A DNA stretch of 64,000 nt from assembly GCA_900320385.1 (NCBI GenBank), contig ONSD01000019.1:4444-68443 (forward strand), in the 5' to 3' direction. The notes beneath the pieces are model-generated. The model was not told the DNA's origin and did not search any database. It saw only the letters and a list, made by a program, of their open reading frames with translations. Positions 56,452 through 64,000 of this stretch are shown here, piece by piece. This DNA comes from an uncultured Bacteroidales bacterium. GTDB lineage: Bacteria; Bacteroidota; Bacteroidia; Bacteroidales; UBA932. How positions within the stretch are numbered: the first letter of the stretch is position 1; every line of letters starts with the position of its first letter. The position numbers and the translations under genes are program-made.

Positions 56452-57018
56452 TTACGACTGCCTCTGGCCGTATGAACGGTCGGTGGTGTTCACGGTGATC
56501 ACGTCGCCCTGGTTGATGAAAAGCGGGACCATGATCTTGGCGCCGGTCTCGAGGGTGACTTCCTTGAGGGCGCTGGTGCTGGCGGTGTTGCCCTTGACGG
56601 CGGGCTCGGAGTAGGTAACCTCGAGGGTTACATAGGTGGGGAGCTCGCAGGTGAGGCACCTTTCCTCATCAGCCACGAACATCATCTCCACATGCTGGCC
56701 TTCCTTCATGAGGTCGGCGTTTTCCACGAGGTCCTTGGGAAGATGGATCTGTTCGTAGGTCTCTTCGTGCATGAAGTTGAATCCGTCCTCATCGGCATAG
56801 AGGAACTGGTAGGGACGCCTTTCGACGTTGATGGTCTCGATCTTCATGCCTGCGGTGAAGGTATTCTCGAGGATGCGACCGTTCTCAAGGTTGCGGAGTT
56901 TGCACTTTACGAATGCGGGGCCCTTTCCCGGCTTTACGTGCTGGAACCATACGATCATGCACGGCTTGCCGTTGAAATTCATATAAAGGCCGTTCTTGAA
57001 ATCAGCTGTTGTTGCCAT
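56452..57018 (-). CDS. efp: Elongation factor P
   Basis: HVKPGKGPAFV, YQFLY, TYEQI, PAVKGNT, LETGA..VPLFINQGD. Confidence 0.96.
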   Translation of the reverse strand: MATTADFKNGLYMNFNGKPCMIVWFQHVKPGKGPAFVKCKLRNLENGRILENTFTAGMKIETINVERRPYQFLYADEDGFNFMHEETYEQIHLPKDLVENADLMKEGQHVEMMFVADEERCLTCELPTYVTLEVTYSEPAVKGNTASTSALKEVTLETGAKIMVPLFINQGDVITVNTTDRSYGQRQS

Positions 57019-57078
57019 AATTATAATGTTTTTGAATCTAATCTGCCGAAAGCCTGCGAATTTAACAATTATAGGGAA

Positions 57079-57936
57079 TTAATGCAAATTTTTTATATGC
57101 CCTGCCACCTCCTCGAGCAGCCATTTGGGAGTTGAAGTGGCTCCGCATACGCCCACGAAGTCCATGGGATCGAACCAGAGGGGGTCGATGTCCGCCACGG
57201 CGGTAACGTTATGGGTGCGGGGATTCTCCCGCAGGCAGAGTTCGCTGAGTACCTTGCCGTTGGAACTGGTGCTGCCCGTGACGAAGATCACCACGTCGTG
57301 AGCCCGGGCGAAATCGCCGAGCTGTTCGTGGCGCGAAGCCACCTGGCGGCAGATGGTATCGTGCACGGAGATGTCGGAAGCGGTCCGCGACAGCCAGTCG
57401 CAGAGTTCCCCGTATGCATCGGGATCCATCGTGGTCTGGGAGAAGACTTCTATGTGGCCGGAGATGTCGAAGGAGCCTGAGGCTACCAGGTCTTTGAGCT
57501 GGCCGAGATTCTCGACCACAGTGGCGTCACCGCCCACCTGGCCGATCAAGCCGAGCACTTCAGCATGGCCTATCTTGCCGAATATGAGCACCCTGCCCTT
57601 TTTATAGGCTTCCCTTATGCTTTTTTGCAGGCGCAGCACCACGGGGCAGGTGCAGTCTATCAGGCGCAGGCCCCGCGCCTCCGCTTCGGAGTAGGTGGCT
57701 GGGGGTTCGCCATGAGCCCGGATGAGCAGTTTCTCCCCTCTTGGCAAGCTGCGGAGGTCGTCGTGTCTCAGGCTCACAAGCCCCTTCCGGCCCAGACGCC
57801 GGAGCTCAGCCTCGTTGTGCACCATGTCGCCCAGCGAGTACAGGCGGCCGGAAACCGCGAGTTCCTTCTCCGCCTTGTCTATCGCACGGATCACACCCCC
57901 GCAGAAACCGGAATGGCTGTCTGTCTCTACCCTCAT
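57079..57936 (-). CDS. ispH: 4-hydroxy-3-methylbut-2-enyl diphosphate reductase
   Basis: GFCGGV, VHN, RAHG, DCTCPVV, HAEV, SQTT, DTICRQV, SSN, GATSTP. Confidence 0.95.
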   Translation of the reverse strand: MRVETDSHSGFCGGVIRAIDKAEKELAVSGRLYSLGDMVHNEAELRRLGRKGLVSLRHDDLRSLPRGEKLLIRAHGEPPATYSEAEARGLRLIDCTCPVVLRLQKSIREAYKKGRVLIFGKIGHAEVLGLIGQVGGDATVVENLGQLKDLVASGSFDISGHIEVFSQTTMDPDAYGELCDWLSRTASDISVHDTICRQVASRHEQLGDFARAHDVVIFVTGSTSSNGKVLSELCLRENPRTHNVTAVADIDPLWFDPMDFVGVCGATSTPKWLLEEVAGHIKNLH

Positions 57937-58631
57937 TCCAGAATGCCGAATTTACCTTGCAGAAGGCCCCGGAGCCAAACCGTCTCTTCGTGCAGGGTCA
58001 TGTCGGAATTGTCCATCACATAGGCATCCTCCGCCCTTTTGAGCGGCGAGGTCTCACGGTGCGAATCGATGTAGTCGCGCTCCAGCAGGTTCTTCATCAC
58101 CTCGTCGAAATCGGGATTCTCCCCCTTCGCCTTGAGTTCGTCGAAGCGGCGCTGCGCCCTTATTTCGGGCTCCGCCACCATGAACACCTTCACCTCGGCG
58201 TTCGGGAATACGGTAGTGCCTATGTCGCGCCCGTCCATGATGACCCTGCCTTTTTCGCTGAAGGCGTGCAGGCGCTCGTCCACCCAGTTGCGTACGAAGG
58301 GTATGGCCGAGACGGGGCTCACGTGCGAAGACACCTCCATGGTACGGATTTCCTTTTCGATGCAGCGCTCTCCACTGTAAAGCAGGGTGCCTTCGGCGCC
58401 GTGCTCGAAATGCAGCTCGAGCTCCCCGAGCGACTTCCGCAGGGCTTTTTCGTCTATGGTGCCTTCAGCATCGATGAAGCCTTTTTCCATCGCGAAGAGG
58501 GTGACACCCCTGTACATGGCTCCCGAATCGAGATACAGGAATGCGAATTCCTTTGCGACCAGCTTTGCGAAGGTGCTCTTTCCCGTCGAAGAGTAGCCGT
58601 CCACGGCGATAATTATATCCGGTACTTGCAT
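57933..58631 (-). CDS. cmk: Cytidylate kinase
   Basis: DGYSSTGKST, DSGAMYR, MDGRDIGTTVFP, RDYIDSHR..SPL. Confidence 0.95.
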   Translation of the reverse strand: MQVPDIIIAVDGYSSTGKSTFAKLVAKEFAFLYLDSGAMYRGVTLFAMEKGFIDAEGTIDEKALRKSLGELELHFEHGAEGTLLYSGERCIEKEIRTMEVSSHVSPVSAIPFVRNWVDERLHAFSEKGRVIMDGRDIGTTVFPNAEVKVFMVAEPEIRAQRRFDELKAKGENPDFDEVMKNLLERDYIDSHRETSPLKRAEDAYVMDNSDMTLHEETVWLRGLLQGKFGILE

Positions 58632-58777
58632 TTGTCGTAGGTGGTCCCGTTAGTGGGCCCGGTCTACAAAAATATAGAATTCCGGGGAACTCTGCAAGGG
58701 TTTCGGAGCTGCTTTCCGGCGTTGGATATTAGGCGGGGATTTCGTATATTTGTAGACTTGCTTAACCACATGAAGAA

Positions 58778-60535
58778 ATGAACAGGATTCTTGTAGAATG
58801 CGTTCCCAACTATTCCGAAGGGCGCGACAGAAACGTAATCGATTCCATAGTCAAAGCCATAGCCGCCACCAAGACCGGGGCGGGTGAAAGCGTAAAGGTG
58901 CTCAACGTCGACCCGGGCGAGGCCACCAACCGCACGGTGGTGACCTTCATAGGCTCGCCCGAGGCGGTGTGCGAAGCCGCATTCCAGGGCGCGAAGAAGG
59001 CGCAGGAGCTCATCGACATGAGGGGCCACCACGGGGCGCATCCCCGTTCGGGTGCCACCGACGTGCTGCCGCTGGTGCCGGTTGCCGGAATAAGCCTGGA
59101 AGAATGTGCACGGCTCGCCCGTGGCCTTGCCAAGCGCATGTGGGAAGAACTCGGGATACCCTGCTACTGCTACGAAGCCGCAGCATACATACCTGAAAGG
59201 AAGAACCTCGCGGTATGCCGCGCCGGAGAATACGAAGCCCTTGCCGAGAAGATGGCCGACCCGGCCCGCAAGCCCGACTTCGGTCCGGACAGTTTCCACG
59301 CCAACCCGGCCGAACGCACTCCCGCCGAAGCTGCGGCATGGGAGATCGCGGCAGGATGCGGCGCCACAAACGTGGGCGCCCGAAACTTCCTGGTAGCCGT
59401 GAACTTCAACCTCAACACCACCTCCACCCGCAAGGCATCTTCGGTAGCCTTCGACGTACGCGAAAAAGGCCGCAAGGCACGCGAAGGGGGCAAACTCACC
59501 GGAGCCCTGCTCAAGGATGCTGACGGGAACCAGATCTGGATTCCCGGCACCCTCAAGGGCTGCAAGGCCATCGGCTGGTACATCGACGAATACGGCATCG
59601 CCCAGGTAAGCATGAACATCACCGACATCAGCGCCACACCGCTGCACAAGGCCTTCGACGAAGTGTGCGCAAAGGCCCAGGCCCGCGGGCTCAGGGTGAC
59701 CGGCACCGAGATAGTCGGCCTTGTTCCCAAGAGCGTGCTCATCGACGCAGGACGGTATTTCCTCGAAAAACAGGGCCGCAGCGTGGGCGTGAGCGAGAGC
59801 GAGCTGCTGAAGATAGCCGACAAGAGCATGGGCCTCTCCGACCTGAAGCCCTTCAATCCGAAGGAGAAAGTTATAGAATACCTTATGGAGGACGAAAAGG
59901 AAGCCGCCGAAAGGGAAAAGCTGATCCGCATGAGCGTCAAGGGCTTCGCCGAAGAAACCGCCTCCGAGTCCCCCGCCCCGGGCGGCGGCAGCGTGGCGGC
60001 CGTGATGGGAGCGTTCGGCGCCGCCCTCTCCACCATGGTGGCGAATCTCTCCGCCGGCAAACGCGGATGGGACGAGCGCTGGAAAGAATTCTCCGACTGG
60101 GCCGACAAGGGCCAGAAAGTGATGGAGCGCATGCTCGAGCTGGTGGACGAAGACACCCGCTCTTTCAACGGGATAATGGATGCCATGGGCATGCCCAAGG
60201 GCACTCCTGAGGAGAAGGCAGCCCGTGCCGAGGCCATGGAAGCCGCAACCCTGCACGCAGCCGAAGTCCCGCTCCAGACCATGAAGACCGCAATGGAAGT
60301 GTTCCCCATCGCCCGTGCGATGGCCGCCGACGGCAACCCCAATTCGGCATCCGATGCCGGAGTGGGCGCACTCGCCGCAAGGGCCGCCGTGCGCGGAGCA
60401 TTGCTGAACGTCAAGATAAACGCAGCAGGCCTCGAAGACAAGGAAGCGGCCGCCCGTCTCATAGCCGAAGGCGAAGCCATGGCGGCGGAGGCCGCCAAGC
60501 TCGAGGCGGAAGTACTGGAACTCACTAAACTTTAA
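58778..60535 (+). CDS. ftcD: Bifunctional glutamate formimidoyltransferase / formiminotetrahydrofolate cyclodeaminase
   Basis: ECVPNYSEGR, HPRSGATDV, GEYE, VGAR, QVSMNI; C-terminal SPAPGGGSVAA, LVDED..SF, GNPNSASDAGV. TATATTTG box at 58745-58752. Confidence 0.93.
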   Translation: MNRILVECVPNYSEGRDRNVIDSIVKAIAATKTGAGESVKVLNVDPGEATNRTVVTFIGSPEAVCEAAFQGAKKAQELIDMRGHHGAHPRSGATDVLPLVPVAGISLEECARLARGLAKRMWEELGIPCYCYEAAAYIPERKNLAVCRAGEYEALAEKMADPARKPDFGPDSFHANPAERTPAEAAAWEIAAGCGATNVGARNFLVAVNFNLNTTSTRKASSVAFDVREKGRKAREGGKLTGALLKDADGNQIWIPGTLKGCKAIGWYIDEYGIAQVSMNITDISATPLHKAFDEVCAKAQARGLRVTGTEIVGLVPKSVLIDAGRYFLEKQGRSVGVSESELLKIADKSMGLSDLKPFNPKEKVIEYLMEDEKEAAEREKLIRMSVKGFAEETASESPAPGGGSVAAVMGAFGAALSTMVANLSAGKRGWDERWKEFSDWADKGQKVMERMLELVDEDTRSFNGIMDAMGMPKGTPEEKAARAEAMEAATLHAAEVPLQTMKTAMEVFPIARAMAADGNPNSASDAGVGALAARAAVRGALLNVKINAAGLEDKEAAARLIAEGEAMAAEAAKLEAEVLELTKL

Positions 60536-60541
60536 CCGTAT

Positions 60542-62563
60542 ATGACCTTCAAGGAAGAAATCCTGGCCGGCATCCCGCAGGACTGCCTGCCTGAGCCCAA
60601 GCCTTACGACAAGAACATCAACCACGCCCCCCGGCGCAAGGACATCCTCACCCCCGCGGAAAAGGAGCTGGCGCTGCGCAACGCCCTGCGCTATTTCCCG
60701 GAGAAGCTGCACGCGCAGCTCGCGCCCGAGTTCGCCCGGGAGCTCCGCGACTACGGCCGCATCTACATGTACCGTTACCGTCCTTCGTATAAGATCTACG
60801 CCCGCCCCATAGACGAATACCCCTGCAAGTGCAGGCAGGCTGCGGCCATGATGGCCATGATACAGAACAATCTGGACGAGCGCGTCGCCCAGCACCCGCA
60901 CGAGCTTATAATCTACGGCGGCAACGGCGGCTGCTTCCAGAACTGGGCGCAGTACCGGCTTACCATGCAGTATCTGGCGAACATGACCGAAGAACAGACC
61001 CTCGCCATGTACAGCGGACTCCCGATAGGGCTCTTTCCCAGCCACAAGGATGCCCCCAGGGTGGTCATCACCAACGGCATGGTGATCCCCAACTACTCCA
61101 GCCAGGACAACTGGGAGCGTTTCAATGCGATGGGCGTGAGCCAGTACGGCCAGATGACGGCCGGGAGCTGGATGTACATTGGTCCCCAGGGCATAGTGCA
61201 CGGCACCACCATCACGGTGATGAACGCCGCGCGCAAGCAGCTCTGGAAGAAAGGCCTGAAGGGTACTGAAGAAGAACGCCACGGCATGCTCTTCGTCACT
61301 GCAGGACTTGGCGGCATGTCGGGAGCCCAGCCCAAGGCTGGCAACATAGCCGGAGTGGTTTCAGTGACCGCCGAGATCAATCCCAATGCCGCCCGGAAGC
61401 GTTTCGACCAGGGTTGGGTGGACGAACTCCACTCCGACCTCGATGAGCTCATGGCCCGGATACGCAAGGCCACCGCAGCTAAGGAGATCGTCTCCCTCGC
61501 CTATGTAGGCAACGTGGTCGACCTTTGGGAAAGGCTCGCCGACGAAGGCGTGAAGGTGGACCTCGGTTCCGACCAGACCTCCCTGCACAATCCCTTCGCC
61601 GGAGGCTACTACCCGGCCGGATTCAGCTTCGAGGAGAGCAAGCGCATGATGGCCGAGGAACCCGAGAGGTTCAAGGAAGCCGTCCATGCATCGCTCCGCA
61701 GGCATGTCGCTGCCATCAACCGCCTGTCAGCCAACGGAATGTACTTCTTCGACTACGGCAACGCCTTCCTTCTGGAAAGTTCGCGCGCAGGCGCCGACAT
61801 CCTCAAGGAAGACGGCACCTTCCGTTATCCTTCGTACGTGCAGGACATCATGGGCCCGATGTATTTCGACTACGGTTTCGGCCCGTTCCGTTGGGTCTGC
61901 ATGAGCGAAGATCCCGACGACCTCGCCACCACCGACCGTCTTGCAATGGACGTGCTCCGCTCCGAGTCGGAATCGGCTCCCGACGAGATCAAGGGACAGA
62001 TGCAGGACAATATAAAGTGGATAGACGAAGCCGGGAAGAACCATCTGGTGGTGGGCTCGCAGGCCCGCATCCTCTATGCCGACTGCGAAGGGCGCACCAG
62101 GATAGCGCTGGCCTTCAACGACGCCATACGTGACGGACGTCTCAAGGCCCCGGTGGTGCTCGGACGCGACCATCACGACGTATCCGGCACCGATTCTCCC
62201 TTCCGTGAGACCTCCAACATCTACGACGGAAGCCGGTTCACTGCCGACATGGCCGTGCAGAATGTCATCGGCGACGCTTTCCGCGGCGCCACCTGGGTGT
62301 CTATCCACAACGGAGGAGGCGTAGGCTGGGGCGAAGTTATCAACGGCGGCTTCGGCATGGTGATAGACGGCAGCGAGGATTCCGCCCGGCACATCAGGCA
62401 GATGCTTTTCTGGGACGTCAACAACGGTATAGCCCGCCGCAGCTGGGCCCGCAACGAGGGCTCCATCCATGCAATCAGGCGCGAGATGGAACGCACTCCG
62501 GGCCTGCAGGTAACGATGCCGCATATGGCCGATGACGACATAATCAAGGACGCACTCAAATAA
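60542..62563 (+). CDS. hutU: Urocanate hydratase (long form)
   Basis: NNLD..VAQHP.EL..YGG, GQMTAGSW.YIGPQGIVHGT, GLGGMSGAQ, SDQTS.HN, GRDHHDVSG, HNGGGVGWG. Confidence 0.96.
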   Translation: MTFKEEILAGIPQDCLPEPKPYDKNINHAPRRKDILTPAEKELALRNALRYFPEKLHAQLAPEFARELRDYGRIYMYRYRPSYKIYARPIDEYPCKCRQAAAMMAMIQNNLDERVAQHPHELIIYGGNGGCFQNWAQYRLTMQYLANMTEEQTLAMYSGLPIGLFPSHKDAPRVVITNGMVIPNYSSQDNWERFNAMGVSQYGQMTAGSWMYIGPQGIVHGTTITVMNAARKQLWKKGLKGTEEERHGMLFVTAGLGGMSGAQPKAGNIAGVVSVTAEINPNAARKRFDQGWVDELHSDLDELMARIRKATAAKEIVSLAYVGNVVDLWERLADEGVKVDLGSDQTSLHNPFAGGYYPAGFSFEESKRMMAEEPERFKEAVHASLRRHVAAINRLSANGMYFFDYGNAFLLESSRAGADILKEDGTFRYPSYVQDIMGPMYFDYGFGPFRWVCMSEDPDDLATTDRLAMDVLRSESESAPDEIKGQMQDNIKWIDEAGKNHLVVGSQARILYADCEGRTRIALAFNDAIRDGRLKAPVVLGRDHHDVSGTDSPFRETSNIYDGSRFTADMAVQNVIGDAFRGATWVSIHNGGGVGWGEVINGGFGMVIDGSEDSARHIRQMLFWDVNNGIARRSWARNEGSIHAIRREMERTPGLQVTMPHMADDDIIKDALK

Positions 62564-62569
62564 CCACAT

Positions 62570-64000
62570 ATGCATCAGATAAACTTCGATCATCTTTCCT
62601 TCGACAGGATCAAGGAGATAATTGACAATCACGAAAAAATTGAACTTTCACAGCAGGCGAAAGAAGCCATAATAAAATGCCGCAAGTATCTGGACAGCAA
62701 GATGGAAGACATCGGCCGCCCGGTTTACGGCGTCACCACCGGCTTCGGCAGCCTTTACAATATCACGATTCCGGCGGGGGAACTCTCGCAGCTCCAGCAC
62801 AACCTGGTGATGTCGCATGCCTGCGGCACCGGCGAGAAGGTCAGGCCCAAGATAGTCAAGATAATGCTGCTCCTCAAGGCGCAGAGCCTCTCATACGGCC
62901 ATTCCGGAGCCCAGCTGGCCACTGTCCAGCGGCTCGTGGACATGTTCAACGAAGACGTGCTGCCGGTAGTCTATTCCCAGGGATCCCTGGGCGCCTCCGG
63001 CGACCTCGCTCCCCTCGCCCACATGTGCCTGCCCCTCATCGGCCTGGGCGAAGTGCTGTACAAGGGAGCGGTGCGTCCTTCCGCCGAAGTATGGAAAGAA
63101 CTCGGCTGGGAGCCCATCACCCTGCAGAGCAAAGAGGGGCTGGCCCTTCTCAACGGGACCCAGTTCATGAGCGCCCATGCGGTGTACAGCCTCATCAAGG
63201 CGCAGCGTCTCAGCAGGTGGGCCGACATCATCGGAGCCATTTCGCTCGAAGCCTACGACGGCCGCATCGAACCCTTCCTGCCGCTGACGCACAAACTCCG
63301 CTCGCATCAGGGCCAGATGGAGACCGCCAGGGCCTTCATGGACCTGCTCGAGGGAAGCGAACTCATCGGCAGGCCCAAGGAGCATGTGCAGGATCCGTAC
63401 TCGTTCCGCTGCATACCGCAGGTTCACGGCGCCGTAAAGGACAATATCCGCTACGTACGCAGCGTCATCGAGAACGAGATCAACTCCGTTACCGACAACC
63501 CCAACATCTTCCCGGACGAGGACATGATAATCTCCGCCGGAAATTTCCACGGGGAGCCCATAGCCATTCCCATGGACACCATGGCCATAGCCCTGAGCGA
63601 ACTGGCCAACATCTCCGAAAGGCGCATCTATCAGCTTATCTCCGGCCTGCGCGGACTGCCCAAGTTCCTGGTGGCGAATCCGGGTCTCAACAGCGGTTTC
63701 ATGATCCCGCAATATACCGCGGCTTCGATCGTGAGCCAGAACAAGATGTACTGCTGGCCCGCCTCGGCCGACTCCATCCCCTCTTCGCAGGGCCAGGAAG
63801 ACCACGTGAGCATGGGCGCCAACGCCGCCACAAAGCTCGTCAAGGTGGCCGACAATTGCGAGACCGTGCTGGGCATCGAGCTTATGAATGCGGCGCAGGC
63901 CATGCATTTCCGCCGTCCGGCAAAGACCAGCCCCAGACTGGAAGCGCTCCTTGCCGATTATCGCAGGGAGGTTCCTTTCGTGAGCGACGACACCTACCTC
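62570..64000 (+). CDS. hutH: Histidine ammonia-lyase (3'-truncated by window)
   Basis: MHQINFD.., VYGVTTGFGSL, GSLGASGDLAPL (MIO-forming ASG), KEGLALLNGT, QDPYSFRC, GNFHG, QEDHVSMG. Absent from the ORF track because no stop lies in the window. Confidence 0.95.
   Translation, partial: MHQINFDHLSFDRIKEIIDNHEKIELSQQAKEAIIKCRKYLDSKMEDIGRPVYGVTTGFGSLYNITIPAGELSQLQHNLVMSHACGTGEKVRPKIVKIMLLLKAQSLSYGHSGAQLATVQRLVDMFNEDVLPVVYSQGSLGASGDLAPLAHMCLPLIGLGEVLYKGAVRPSAEVWKELGWEPITLQSKEGLALLNGTQFMSAHAVYSLIKAQRLSRWADIIGAISLEAYDGRIEPFLPLTHKLRSHQGQMETARAFMDLLEGSELIGRPKEHVQDPYSFRCIPQVHGAVKDNIRYVRSVIENEINSVTDNPNIFPDEDMIISAGNFHGEPIAIPMDTMAIALSELANISERRIYQLISGLRGLPKFLVANPGLNSGFMIPQYTAASIVSQNKMYCWPASADSIPSSQGQEDHVSMGANAATKLVKVADNCETVLGIELMNAAQAMHFRRPAKTSPRLEALLADYRREVPFVSDDTYL

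Noticed and set aside
58664-61282. 872-aa antisense ORF, and similar long antisense ORFs (5111-7213, 19703-21298, 52507-54762, 36292-37716, 28047-29423)
   Set aside because: They lie opposite well-supported genes and have no recognisable motifs. High GC3 codon bias depletes antisense stops, which explains them.
1-64000. Prophage, IS, integrase or anti-phage defence genes
   Set aside because: No such motifs were recognised. Nearly all the sequence is explained by PUL and housekeeping genes.

Overview
This is high-GC (roughly 58-60% by eye) chromosomal DNA from a Bacteroidales bacterium. Evidence for the lineage is SusC/SusD genes, TAnnTTTG -7 promoters and Bacteroidetes-type gene order; a Rikenellaceae/RC9-like gut or rumen lineage is only an inference. 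The window opens in an arabinan-type polysaccharide utilization locus (SusC, SusD, GH43, GH51, then an EF-hand membrane protein). Mostly housekeeping genes follow: tsaB, ileS-dksA-lspA, a peptidoglycan-recycling operon, def, ruvX, dxr, rseP, rpsT, gdhA, bamA, uppS, nadK, engB, prs, der, rlmH, efp, ispH, cmk, the start of the hut operon, and three tRNAs. I saw no mobile element or CRISPR array. Three protein architectures stand out. (1) The GH43 endo-arabinanase is circularly permuted: blade 1, carrying the catalytic-base HDP motif, sits at the C-terminus. (2) The SusC TonB-dependent transporter reads through its terminal Phe into a coiled coil and an OmpA-like peptidoglycan-binding domain. (3) IleRS is fused in frame to the DksA/TraR-family protein, possibly through a 1-nt indel. 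A DUF4922-SpoIID/LytB fusion and a catalytically degenerate M23 protein are secondary points. All family calls come from motif recognition, not database searches.
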